64,000 bases of DNA from Botryllus schlosseri. Taxonomy: Eukaryota. The stretch covers positions 15,750,001 to 15,814,000 of the forward strand of contig CM119372.1 of NCBI GenBank assembly GCA_051294905.1, written 5' to 3'. Positions 24,101-35,800 of the stretch are shown one piece after another (positions within the stretch are counted from its first letter, which is position 1; each line of letters begins with the position of its first letter). The notes beneath the pieces were generated by a model. It saw nothing but the letters and a program-made list of their open reading frames with translations, was not told the origin of the DNA and did no database searches. A program made the position numbers and the translations under genes.

Positions 24101-25238
24101 CTTCGAAGTGTCCAGGTACTGCAACGCTCTCGGTAGTTCAGCTACCAGCTCGCGTCTACGACCGATTGGACTATATTATCTTACATTAAGATCCTTGCTC
24201 TGGTGTCGACTGCGGGAGAAACGGGAAGTGTAAGAATGGAAAGTGTGTGTGTAGACAAGGGTATCAATACAAAGGGAAATGCGTCAGTAAGTATCCTCTA
24301 TCCATGCCTACTTTGAACCGTCCTTGTAACGAATGATTCGAGATAATGACTAGGGCTGGGCACAATGATTCGAGTACTCGATTCTGAATCGAGTAATTAT
24401 TTTAATGATTCGAGTCGAGCAGCAAAATACGATTTTTTCGAGTACTGAAATTACACGTTCCTCGCTACTGAAAGTTATTTTATCAACAAGAATTATTGTT
24501 TCGATACTATTTTCCACTGTGGAAGCCTTGAAACCTCGATTGGGCGTATCGCAGCATACGAAACACATAGTACAAAGCTACGACCGTAACTGGAAAAACA
24601 TTTCCCAAGTCATGATCCTCCCACAACATTGTAACAAAGTGCAATGAAATCGGTAGGGTCGAAGAAATACCAAAGTATCTTTAATGCGATGGATAACAGG
24701 CATTATATATTCTTTATGGTGGCACAAAAGGTACATATTCAAACTTCGGCACCTTGCAATTAGTTGTGACGTCATAATGTGTGATAATCGAATACTCGAC
24801 TCGAAGCATTATACGTGATTCAGAATCGAATCACTCAGGTACTCGATTTTGCCCAGCCCTAATAATGACCCACTGATTATATCATCACAAATACGACAAA
24901 ACTTACAAAACTTTACATTTTAAAAAATATAGGCAAAATGCCCTTTGTGCTCGCATACGTTACTTCTTCATCAAGGTGGTGTGACGGCAGATGTCTTCCT
25001 CACTACCGGGAAACTAAACTATACTATATTTCCAGGAATTTGTCCGTTTCCAAAAGTATTCAACCCGTGCCCCACCGCGTGCCCACTTACCTGCCTGAAC
25101 TATCTGAACCCGCCAGACATATGCACCGCCAACTGCAGACCTGGTGTGCAATGTGTCTGTCCCAGAGGACTGGTTGAGAGGAGTGACTCTGACTCTACTT
25201 GCGTCCCCAAGCGATCTTGTCCGAGAATATACTATTGA
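9113..25238 (+). CDS. Gene A: secreted Cys-rich modular protein (SP, 4x EGF-like, TIL, EGF-like, TIL), 312 aa; exons 9113-9173, 9261-9359, 10875-10973, 21794-21886, 22008-22106, 23927-24115, 24191-24286, 25036-25238
   Basis: All exons are bounded by AG/GT and all introns are phase 1. The joined CDS is 939 nt with no internal stop, from the hydrophobic N-terminus MLQRFIVLVVLISVCGA to ...CPRIYY*. AATAAA lies downstream. Confidence 0.8.
9261..9359 (+). CDS. Gene A exon 2: 6-Cys EGF-like module PVCNILQCGPYGRCRAGRCVCRPNYTLKNGRCV
   Basis: Acceptor tttcgcag, donor G|GTGAG, 99 nt, C-x4-C-x5-C-x4-C-x-C-x10-C spacing; NYT sequon. Confidence 0.85.
10875..10973 (+). CDS. Gene A exon 3: EGF-like module GGCRGGPCQGGKICKFGKCVCPAGEVEVDGKCV
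   Basis: Acceptor attacag, donor G|GTATG, 99 nt; not in the ORF track. Confidence 0.85.
12551..13746. mobile_element. TIR element nested in 12299-14295
   Basis: TIR cagtggtggc...gccaccactg; TSD ATTGTTAT; absent from the paralog near 37900. Confidence 0.82.
12574..13134. mobile_element. MITE with CCGATA repeats, innermost of the nest
   Basis: TIR tagaggtcgaccgat...atcggtcgacctcta; TSD GTGTGGGC. Confidence 0.88.
16511..17542. mobile_element. hAT-type element with GGCCCGCG subterminal motifs
   Basis: Ends cagacctgggcaaa...ttcccactcctg; flanks CCCTAGGG/CCCTATAG; related left end at about 44629. Confidence 0.6.
17990..19346. mobile_element. hAT element with TTTTGGCA repeats and a decayed transposase remnant
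   Basis: TIR caggccgtgttattttt...aaaataacacggtctg; TSD CTCATGAG; second left end at 19232. Confidence 0.85.
18358..18520 (-). pseudogene. hAT transposase C-terminal dimerization-domain remnant
   Basis: Minus strand reads FEALKTFCG*LATFFP*TATVEADISQIRWARNEFRRNLADLSLEALLQCKRF, with stops. Confidence 0.6.
19602..21655. mobile_element. hAT-type element with AAGTAG/CTACTC repeats, copy A (contains a SINE)
   Basis: TIR cagaggtggtca...tgaccacctctg; TSD GTGATTCC. Confidence 0.9.
20465..21208 (+). mobile_element. tRNA-derived SINE, itself interrupted by a minus-strand retroelement 3' fragment (about 20670-21145)
   Basis: A-box-like TGCGCAGTGG, B box GGTTCGAATCC; 12-bp TSD ACGTTATGATGA; empty site seen in host copies B and C; uninterrupted relative at 63586-63859. 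Confidence 0.8.
21794..21886 (+). CDS. Gene A exon 4: EGF-like module DRCTLCGDNGSCKRGRCICDDGYVLRNYVCI
   Basis: Acceptor gacag, donor G|GTATG, 93 nt, 6 Cys. Confidence 0.85.
   Translation: MDVPCVATTAPAKGGDASATMDMSSETMSV
22008..22106 (+). CDS. Gene A exon 5: EGF-like module DPCIFTTCLQGRICKFGKCLCPKGEIEVDNKCV
   Basis: Acceptor gacag, donor G|GTGCG, 99 nt; paralog of exon 3. Confidence 0.85.
23579..23758 (+). pseudogene. Dead duplicate TIL exon (pseudo-exon)
   Basis: QCPARKEFKR*STACPINCENPPQKCARNCRPGVKCICKEGYIELSPTDFRCVGPSRCP is a close copy of 23927-24115, but Cys2 TGC->TGA (23611-23613), a 9-nt deletion, and the acceptor reads tttcAA instead of ttttAG. Confidence 0.8.
23927..24115 (+). CDS. 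Gene A exon 6: TIL (trypsin inhibitor-like, 10 Cys) domain, reactive loop CTKNC
   Basis: Polypyrimidine ttttag acceptor, donor G|GTACT, 189 nt; KCPPRKEFKSCSTACPINCENYKNPPQQCTKNCRPDVKCVCKEGYIELSSTDFRCVRPSKCP. Confidence 0.9.
24191..24286 (+). CDS. Gene A exon 7: EGF-like module DPCSGVDCGRNGKCKNGKCVCRQGYQYKGKCV
   Basis: Acceptor ttaag, donor A|GTAAG, 96 nt, 6 Cys. Confidence 0.85.
24351..24861. mobile_element. MITE with TCGA/GATTC repeats in gene A intron 7
   Basis: TIR tagggctgggca...tgcccagcccta; TSD ATAATGAC. Confidence 0.88.
25036..25238 (+). CDS. Gene A terminal exon: TIL domain (loop CTANC) ending CPRIYY*
   Basis: Acceptor tttccag, 10-Cys TIL pattern, TGA at 25236-25238. Confidence 0.88.
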
Positions 25239-25364
25239 AAAGGCTTGGTATGTGACGTTAATAGCAATGTTAAACATAACGCATTGCAAAAGAAATTTGT
25301 TTTTCGGATATCTCGATGAACTGATTCCTGACTACGACATTGCCTGTTTTTCGTTGAAATACCT

Positions 25365-25370
25365 AATAAA
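25365..25370 (+). promoter_or_regulatory. Candidate polyadenylation signal of gene A
   Basis: First AATAAA, about 130 nt after the stop codon. Confidence 0.55.
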
Positions 25371-25438
25371 TTGATTCATGTCGCATACGCGGTCACATCT
25401 GTATGTATTTTTGAGATAGTGATTGTGCTTGACTACGG

Positions 25439-25831
25439 TAGGGTTACCATATTTAGGGCATCTGAAAAGAGGACACTTTTTCAAAATTTTCATGCTTACA
25501 ATACTGGAGTAAAATCCTGAAAAAAATGGTGAATGTAATGGTCGGTTAACTAAAAAGAAAAATGGTCAACTTTCTGGCTCAACTCCCGAATTACCCATTT
25601 CTACGAGATTTTCCGTTGGTTGACTAAAAAAGGGTCATTTTTTCTGGCTCAATTCCCGAAAAGCAGGTCGGACCGTTACTTGGCCGCAGATTTCGTGTAT
25701 CTCAGTCCAATTTCCACGAAGATTTACCCAAAATTCTTAAAAATGAGGACAAGTTTTCGAAAAACAGGACATTTAGGCGTCCTCCGAGGACACTTTAAAA
25801 AAGTCAATAAAGAGGACGTATGGTAATCCGA
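25439..25831. mobile_element. MITE with GAGGAC repeats, copy 1
   Basis: TIR tagggttaccata...tatggtaatccga; TSD GACTACGG. Confidence 0.85.
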
Positions 25832-27341
25832 GACTACGGTATATTCATAGGCATCAGGCGTCCTACAATCGCATTAGATTTAATATCTTTCGTTAGGCAT
25901 TTTTTCGATGCTGTCGATTTTATTTTTTCGATGCTGTCGAAGAGAAAAATATCATTCGATTTGACGTAGTCTGTTAATCCGCAGCCTTCGGAGACGGAAC
26001 TATGTGCTGTAACAGGCAATTACACCCCGACTATTCAGACACACTATCCCGATATTACACGAATGCCACCATGGACAGATTTATTAGAAACATAACCATC
26101 AATATATCACTCTCTAGTATACCATACTTGTAAAAAGTGGAAGCATATTTTTGTCGTAATTACATTTTGGGTTGATTTCAATTTTTGAATGTCCACCGGT
26201 CCACCAAATATATTGTGAAATTTTACCGGTCCGTCAGCTGAGAAAGGTTGAGAACCACTGGTTTATACCACACCCGCAATACAGACAGTGAATTCCGTGG
26301 GTACATGAAACACGCCTATTCAGTTCAATTCAGTTTAAGTAATGTTTACAACAGATGATTACGATACAATCAAAACATAAAGAAAGGACGTAATTGGACG
26401 TGGAAAAATCTATCAATCAGACATCTAATGTGTCCTACTTTATAGGGTGTCATATAGAAAAGAGCGTTTTTGTACACCAGTTGTTCTTAACCTTGGCTCC
26501 AGCACCCACACAGGTGGCGATATGGAGGGCACCGGCACGCTATGTCAAATGCTTTAGTTCTCCTGTGGACATATTGTTCTGGTAGAACCAAAGTTCTCTG
26601 TATCCTTTGAGCTCTCGTTGCAAATTTACTTTCGACAAAAGCTTTGTGAAGTGAAAGCCCGAGGACACGATCCAGAGTACCGTTTCAAATACAGGCAAGT
26701 GCTCATTTATAAGATGCGATTTTTCTTAAATAATATTTCGCAGTGATCAATCAGTCTTATCGAGTGTGACGTATGATCCGGAAAATATCAAAGGTAGCAG
26801 GAGTCGTAGGGTGTATTTGAGAATCCGAAAGGAATGTTTGTCGCCTATAGATTTGACACCTGCGTCAGAATTATCCTCTTATGAAGGACATGTTTCGGCG
26901 TGTTCTTAATCCTTTATGTAATCCGGAATTCAATCCACTGACCGGCTCTGTAGTATAACGAACCGCTGAACGTGAGTTTTGACTGCTTCAACATCCTTAC
27001 GTGGGATTAGGTTTGGAGGGTGACATTCATAAGTGTTGCATGGCTATATTATCATTCTCGATCAAACATGGAACTATTCTTGAGCATGTCTGCTAAGGTT
27101 TAAATTCAGAATATTAGAAGTATTACCTATTTGGAGGATTGCTTAATCTTCAGTTTTTTTACATCAATGAATAGTCTGGATTATTATCTCAATATGTAGC
27201 AGTCCAGACATCCATTATAAGTCGTGCGTATACTTCTCAGCCATATCCCGCGCATCACGTGTTGTCGATGTTATATATTTCGTGTGGATTAATTCCGAGG
27301 TACCCACATTTTATGTCCGAGTACAATGCATTTGCCTAGTT

Positions 27342-27888
27342 CAGTTGTTTTTAAGCTTTTTTGACACGCCCCGGTTGATGATGGTGAAAGATGTTGCGCG
27401 CGCCCTATCGCCATATCAATAAATATTAAAAATAGCAATTAGAATGTTTGCTATCTCAGTGCATTGTTTGATGTCATGGAAGGTGACACGTAGAACATAC
27501 ATATTTTAGCTATTTTGGTGCCTAAAACGTGTTATTGCCCTACTTCAGCCTATAGGAGCCTATGGCTCAAACGTACCTGACCATAAACTAAATCAAAAAC
27601 CAATGGCACAGCTACACGCATTCGCCAGTTACACTTCATTGATTCATTGATTCATTGATTAGTCCTAGGTTTGGTATCGCGAAACATCTAGCATCAGAGT
27701 ATGGAGTGTGGCGTGTATGACGCAGATATGACATTTAAAATCGAAATATAATTAGGATTATTGCCATCGTTGAAAGTTGGAAATTTCGACACTAATTTAA
27801 CTCATTCCTTGTCCAAGAAACACCATTTCTTTCAGGTGGCGTCACGCTCCCTCTCAAGGGGTCGCGCTCCTCAGATTAAAAACCAGCG
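27342..27888. mobile_element. Degenerate hAT-type MITE
   Basis: Ends cagttgtttttaa...ttaaaaaccagcg; flanks GCCTAGTT/GTCTAGTT. Confidence 0.5.
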
Positions 27889-29821
27889 GTCTAGTTAGTT
27901 TCCCACTGGAGTGCCCTCTGAATTCTTGTTGTTGCTATATCATGCAAAAGCAATGAAATTGTAGCATCGGCATATGTTATTAATATCGCTGTGGTTTATG
28001 ATAAAATTTCAGTGAAAGACAGCGCCATGTTGAGTTTAGAAACAATTTAACACATTACGGAGCCACCACCGTGTATATTGTACCCCTCTGCAGTATATGC
28101 AACGTTTCTAAACGTGGGTACAGAACATCACAATATATTCCCTAACTTCAGGATGGACTTGCGTTCCGCTGTTTCACAATGTATTCAAACATAATATATC
28201 TGTCATTTTTCAAATATACTGTACATCTCCAAAAATTTCCCAATTCGTATCTGATAATCGTATGTAAATGATTGTTGTGGTTGTGGAATTTTACTCAGTC
28301 ATATTTCGCTACATATTTCATCATCGGCTCTCAATGGTGTTGGGATTTCGGACGAGAATAACTATATACAATGAAAGTCATGCGCCGTTGAATTAGTTTC
28401 ACAATGTAGGACATTTGTAGGACTGCACGAGTGGTCAAAACGGGATTTCCGAAACGAATCACATGCTTGAGTAGAACATTGACCTGAGAAATCGACGTTT
28501 AAGTATTAGTTACTGATCCACAGGTCACATTGAAACGAAAGCGGTCACTTATAGGATGGTAACAAATCAGAATATAGTTTTCACCCTTGGCGTCGGATTG
28601 CTATTTCAAATTGGTCATCGTGACGACCCCGCGAGCGATGTCATCCGATTGGTAGGACATGGACATTCAAATGTCATATGCTCATTTATCCGAGCAAGGT
28701 CCTTAGTTCGTACCCAGAGCTGGACAAATGTAATCAAGCATATAGGAACAATTAATTCTGCGCCGTAAAGTGCTAATGAATTTCCATTTAAACTAACCAT
28801 TTAAAAAAATACCCCACTGCTTACAAGATTGAATATGACATTCAAGAACGCAAGGTACTCATGTAATTCGATTGCAGAAGTATATCTAAACGAAGCATGG
28901 CAGAGGTTTTTGGTCTATCGTTGGGGACAGTTGTTGAAATGGCAAGTTTTAAAATGTGTGAATGCATATTCGCGACAAATGCTGAATGACCAACGGCGAT
29001 GAAAGTGCAGATAGATGTCATTTACGATGATATAATCTGTTAATATCAATCAGGATCTGCACCACCTATCGATATATTTTATCATTCGCTCTCACAAAAG
29101 ACATGTAAATCAATCAAACGAATCCCAATACTACATGTTGATTGATAAAATCGAAAATGGGAAATGTAAATAGTTTGGTTTCAAAAATTGAAAGAGTTGG
29201 AGTATGATAAAAGTGGACTTGAATACTTCGAATATTCTTATAAGAATACTTCGTAAAATGTGTTGGCCACCTCTGATGTATACCGGAACAAATCTTTCAA
29301 AATAATTATCTAGAGCGCAATCGCAGGTCAGTGCCATCGCCATATACGGCGTTTATGAATATACAATAACATGTTACAAAGAAAGAAAGATTTTTCCTGC
29401 TTTCACATATGACGTATCGAAGTTTCCAAGGCCTCGAGCGTTGACGAAACAAAATGCTCAGCAGATTAATTACATTCAGGTATCACATCAACAATGACAA
29501 AGCACTGGTAGCAGCGGTATATATATACTTTATACAGTTATAGATGCAGATAGATAGATAGATAAATAGATGTCCTACGCCAAATAGCATGACCGGCATT
29601 CAAATGTAATAAATACAATATCTTGACGCATGTCTGTTGTTAAGCTGCTGTCAGTGTACTTATTAATTACCGAAAATTGCAAATGTATTATTTAAGCAGC
29701 GACATTTGACGAAGTGCAATCGAGATCGGTCATTTCAACTTTTGTTGCATTCGTTTTATCTTACCATACAGTTACCGTCAAACATATACATTGGCATCTG
29801 ACTGACGCATTAGCAATCACT

Positions 29822-29894
29822 ATGATTATATTGAAATCCGTATTGGCTGTCTGGCTTTGCAGTGTATTTGTAAACGCAGGCTGGGACGCGCCGG
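29822..29894 (+). CDS. Gene B exon 1: signal peptide MIILKSVLAVWLCSVFVNAGWDAP
   Basis: ATG at 29822, hydrophobic core, V-N-A cleavage motif, strong donor G|GTAAGT, phase 1. Confidence 0.8.
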
Positions 29895-32800
29895 GTAAGT
29901 TCACAATACTATTCATAGCTATCGCATGCTCTGTAGATAAAGCAATTATTATTAGACCTTGTCGTAAATACGACGAAAATTCGTATACATTCACCGCGCG
30001 AAAATGGGCACGCGTGTATTGAAATACAACGCTTTTTTCAGTGGCAATATTCGTAAGTAATATTTATCGCTTATATCATAGTATTCGTTTGCAATTAACA
30101 TTTTCGAACGGTATTCACTTATAGTCTACCTGCCATATTTAATGTTCACTGGGCATCGACACATTAGCCACTAGTACATACACTACATCGATACACTAAC
30201 AGGTCAGTAATATAAGAGATAATGTGGTGCGTGCGTTATTTTCAGTACCATGCGAATAATAAGGAACACTGTAGCCGGATTATTTTGATCAAGTTGAGCA
30301 GTGATTCTCAACCGGGGGTCCGTGAAGCATTATCCGGGGCCCCGCGAAACCTCCACACTTGTAAAATGGTTGATACTTTAATTTCTATTTTTTTAATTTG
30401 AGAAACACGACGCACTTTCGCTTCATGAATGTAAAAACTTCAGGACTAACATGAACAAAATGGACATCTGAGATGAAATATTCTATTGTGCAAACCTACA
30501 ATAATACCTAAATTGCCAATAGCGTACTGATGCAAGCATATTGCTGACTATAGATGTTTTGTTGAAGATTGGAAAAATTGTTTGCAAATATCCATTTTCT
30601 CCTGTGATACACATATTCGCCATTTCAGAATAACTTTAAGATGAGCTGTTAGCTATAAAATACTAGACTGGGCGGTATGTTGGTGCAATATATGGTGCTA
30701 TCATACTCAGAGAAAGGGTTGATGTGAACCTCTCATCCTTTCTGGAAGGCTTGGTGTAGCGTACAGGACCGCGAGAGGACTTGACCCCGCCTTTTTCACG
30801 AAACTTTGCTTCCTATCTTTTCTATCCAACATTTTTGTGTTTTTCTTCCTGCGCCGTGCTTGGTGCGCACATGTGCTCTCTCTTTCTCCTTCTTGTCACT
30901 CACTCTGAGTGCCTGTGTGTTTTTGTCCTTGGAATGAATTACCACCAGCCATCATGGGGTTCGACTGCAGGCACATGGAAACCGGCTTGACTCACGGACT
31001 CCTCCCCATATTAACAAGAAAGCGTCATTTTAGTATGGTTTTGTTTAATTAGGTTAATTTGCAGTATGGTTCCCAATTGCTAGGGAGAGGAGTGCCCAAA
31101 CTTTCTGAGTAACAGAAGACTTTGATTTTTACCACAATAGGTATACTTTTTAATGCCTGCAGTCAGATCTCGCCAGTTCGCCCCTTATTTTTGTTGTTTG
31201 TAGGCCCCCACCCCCATGTATTGCAGGGGTCGGCAACCTTTTGCTAGTCGCGGGCCAAATTTCGGGTGTACAACTTCTTGGCGGGCCGGAATTTTTCTTA
31301 GTTCTATATTTTACGCTCACTTCGGTATATTATCCTACATTGCTGCAATCTCAATCATACCAATCAGAAGACACATGTATTTACACTTCAACAACACAGA
31401 ATAAATGTGACAATTGACGCAGCTTGCTTTGTGAAAGGTTTTCAACTTCTGGTAACAAGTCAGATGAAACAAGAATCAGACCCTATTCAAAATGGACGTC
31501 CGAAATACGTGATCTTAGCTTGCTCTTCGTGAATTTCATTGTTCAAAACTATTGTTCACATGCGTACGTGCTTCCAAAAATTTTCTTTTGCATTGTTGGT
31601 CAAGCTGGGATAAAGGCCAATTTCAAGAACGTACTCTTTGTCAAAGTCATGCAGCGATATGCTCTTTGTATGAGATTTGTCATTCAATTCAACTGCGTCG
31701 CATTTCAGAAAGGCCCATTTGAAATTTTCAGTCAATGGTATTGGCGTCCACATTAAACAGAGTACTGAATAGTCAGAATTCATTCTGTAGAGAAGGAATG
31801 TCGGAAAAGCGGGTGAATATTCAGTAGTTAAATTTCGTATCACAGTTACAAATGTAGTGTTGGTACTAGGTTTTCTCTCCTCCAGTATAGGAAAGTGAGC
31901 ATAATTTTCTTTGTACTGTTGACATTTCCAGAGTCACAGATTTGTTTTGAATGCGCCTCAACATCTCATGTATTTAGTAGTTTTCCCCCTGAAGTTGCAA
32001 ATTCAATTTGTTCAGATGTGACGTTAAATGTACCAGGAAAGCAAGATGAGATACCCATTTTCGATTTCAAGATTATGAGTCGGCGATATTTGTGTTTTCG
32101 AGGAAAGTTGCTATTTCATTTCTCAGTTCATACACTCGTTAAAGTATAGCTGCTCGACTTAATGCGCGAACATGACATATATAGGCCTACATGACATCGC
32201 CATATTGATTCCCTGCTTGTAGTAATATCTGGCGTAACTGATTCAGTTAATGAGACAAAAATCATATTAACAGTTTTCATCATTGTGGCCAAAACACTAT
32301 TCAGGTTTGTTGTCTTGGCACACAATGCCTTCTGGAAAATTAAACTATAGATAGGCTAACTAACATACGGAGGCTAGTTATCTATAGTTGAACAGTTTGA
32401 TATTCCGTCATTGCGTCTGAGATGTTCCAAGCGGTTTTGAAGCAAAGGAAGGACACCTTTATTGTCACACCCCATTAGAGTGGCAAACCCTTTAAAAAAG
32501 TATGGAACACCTTCGGTTGCGAGATACACCCGATTGATAAGCACTGATCCAGTCTAGTCTATCTCCATCTCCTACTTCAACCACCTTCGTTTTATGGCGT
32601 AACAATAGACTAATACGATGTTGGCTACTATTATATCGTAGCAATGCCGCATTTTTCTCATGCAGTGCTCTACTGCAGATTGAAACTCATTATGAAACGG
32701 CGGGCCGTATTCTTGTGATAACTAATTATTATGTCGCGGGCCGGACGATTTCGCTTGGCGGGCCGGATCCGGCCCGCGGGCCGTAGGTTGCCGACCCTTG

Positions 32801-35800
32801 ATGTATTGTGTTGTTTGTGGTGGGGGTGTCTTTATCTATGTTTCATGTTCTTCTGGCGAACTGGCCCCGTCCTCTTTTGTCCTTTGTATTGAAATAATAT
32901 TGAATTTCATGTATGTGATTCGCCTTTTTATTTATATGTTCAAGTAAATCCGTTTTCCCGACACCGTAAATGGCGGGTATTGTTCCAAATATATACAATG
33001 TATATATTTCAGGTGACCTTAGCCACGACTGTATTTATTCTTTGCGCATGTTTTCCTTTTATGAACCATGCCGAATAAAATATTGAGACACAAAAAACTG
33101 GGCAATCTAATGATATAATAATCCGAAAAAAATCTTCCGGCGCTTTGCCAACAAATTTTACGAGGTTTTCCACGGGGATATAAGCTAGGGTTACCATATT
33201 TTCGTGAAGCAAATTCCGGACACTCTTTAGCGCCAACTAGCGGATTTTAAAATTAGATATAACACATCATTTGTCAATATGACGTCACACTAGCAAAACA
33301 TTGCCTATCGACTGTATACAGAAATGGGGTGGAACATAGGCATGAATTGGGCCATCTGTAATGTGATGGTGATTGATACTTGCTAGGGTCTGCAATAGAT
33401 TTCTCCATTGGCCGGATGAAATCGTCTGGTGGGCCGTGTCTAGCCTGTCGGGATTGTGTTTGACAGCGCTGCTATACTGTTAGGTCGGGTCGGCTATTTG
33501 ACTGTGTGTTTTTTTTAATCAGGTCCGAAACAACATTTTTTCTGCCTCCTTCCGCCTAAAAAAATGCACTGATCTTTGGCCAACCATAGGGTAATCGATG
33601 TAGCTGCTCGGGGAATTATTATATGCATTTGGCTGTTAAATATTTTGCTTGAATTCTGTCCTGATTCTTCCATTAGGCTACTATGAAATGAGCCAGCAGG
33701 TTGTACATCCGGTGATTTTCAACCTTTTATGGTCGCGATCTCATTTCAAACTTGAAAATGTCTCGTGGCCTAGCCGAAAACTTGATGAGCTGATTTCTTA
33801 AAAATTCAGCTTGCCCAAACTTACTCCCGGCCTAGGAAGGTGATTACGTCCAACCTCATCGCGATCCCCCGATAAAGGCAAACGACCCCAAGATTTGGAA
33901 CCACTATCTGTGACTGAAGCCTCCAATCGACCTTAACCAACTCTAGGAATAAACCGATAGCTTATAATTGCGATTACCATTAGACTTTTTCAGTAAATGA
34001 TAGTTATTCATATTTATTTTTGATTGTATTTTGGCGAGGGTGGTGCTTGGTGCTCATACTGATAATAATATAAGTTGCAATACCTCGCGCGCAGCGCGAA
34101 GAAGAATTTCGAATTGCATAAATCTGCTTGAAAATAATATTGTTTATGTTGATTTACGAAAAACTTTCCAGCCTACTTCAAGCCTTCAAAATTCCGGACA
34201 TTTAGGCATATTCTAGAAATTCCTCCCGGACGCAGATTGTTCAGTGAAATTCCGGACATGTCCGGGAAATTCCGGACGTATGGCAACCCTAATATAAGCC
34301 TACGCCTTAACGGTCTAGGCCGGACCGGACAATGTACTCGGCGTCCGAGTATTGCTACGTTGATATTGATCATAGTGTAAAACAGGTTTCTATAATTGCT
34401 ACCGATATCACCCCATCAACAAGTTATACTGCAGTAGCCAACACCTCAATCGCACGGATTTGAGTTTTATGATACAACAAACATATGAAATCAAGATGGT
34501 CCCAGTCCACCTGCTTCATTTTTACTTACATCAAACAACGCTATCAACTTCATTGATTGGTTGAATAAGCATCATACGGTGACTACTTACCTCTGGTGTA
34601 TTTCGCTCTTGAAGTTGTGTGATTGTGGGTCAAGGTCACAGCAGAGAGTCACTAAATATTAGAGCAGTGGTTCCCAACCTTTTCCGACTCATCGCCCCCT
34701 TTTCAAGCTCTGGGCCGATCAACCCCCCCCCCCCAGATTTTGTGAACCGAAAAATCGGTATACAATCTGTAGTCATCGGCGGGTTGACTAAACAAAAAAA
34801 ATAAAAAAAAAAAGGTCAACTTTTCGGATCGTTGTCAAATTTTTCCGTGGGTTGACCAAAAAAAAAAAAAGGTCATTTCTCCGAATTGACTCCAAAATAC
34901 CCGTTCTAGCGCGTCATCGCCCCCCTATCGCCCCCTTCGCTATTTTCGCCCCCTGTCGCCCCCTTTGTCCATTTTCGCCCCCCTATCGCCCCCTTCGTCA
35001 TTTTCGCCCCCCTAGGCGATATCGCCCACGTTGGGAACCACTGTATTAGAGCAAACTCGTTTAGTGTTGATTTTCTATGCTGCCAGTGCCATGCATAGAA
35101 TGACCCACAATCGAAATGTAATAAATGTCCACCAAAGGTGTTGTAATGAAGTGAAAATTGTAATATATGGAGAAGGTTCAAAGTGCAGAACCTACCAAAG
35201 TTCGGTTGTGAACGTGAACCTCTAAATTTCTGAGGCTCACACACAGAACGCGAACGTGAATCCCACGTTCACACCATTCGCACTCAGAGGCATCGTCGCG
35301 TTTTTCACGAAATGCAGCCACAGAATTTGCATTGAAATAATAAAAGTCTTACCAATATCTATAAAAATAGCATATGATATTTTAACGAAGAGTCCAATTG
35401 TTGCTGATTATCACTAGCATACATTTAATATTTGCAAAAGACAGATAACGGTTGCATGATAACAGAGATAAATTTGAAATAAACTTGGTGGGGGGTAGTG
35501 GGGTCCGCGGGGGTCCGTAACGGTTCAAAGAGAGTCCCTGAGGACAAAAAGGTTGAGAACCACTGAAGTAGAGTAATAGACCAATACATCAACGCTTCTA
35601 TTCCTCAACCCAAATACGTCCTTTCTCAACTTATTCGTACCAAATATTCCTCGCGTCCCGCGGTATATCTGAAAGACCGCGGTAATATTTATGCCACATT
35701 CGATGTGATGACTCACTTGGAAATTGTCCAGCATGATAATATATGCTACTTCATTTGATTGCGCGTGTCACTCGAAATTATCGAGAGATATAGTGTGTAA

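Larger units (their letters stand above)
30299..35565. mobile_element. Outer hAT-type element filling most of gene B intron 1, with nested insertions
   Basis: TIR cagtgattctcaacc...ggttgagaaccactg; flanks AAGTTGAG/AAGTAGAG. Confidence 0.7.

Noticed and set aside
26330..27330. Possible decayed LINE 3' region between the genes
   Set aside because: Only vague motif resemblance, with no TSD or readable frame I could support.
30246..30259. Possible extra gene B exon after ttttcag (VPCE...)
   Set aside because: TAA after four codons and no Cys module.
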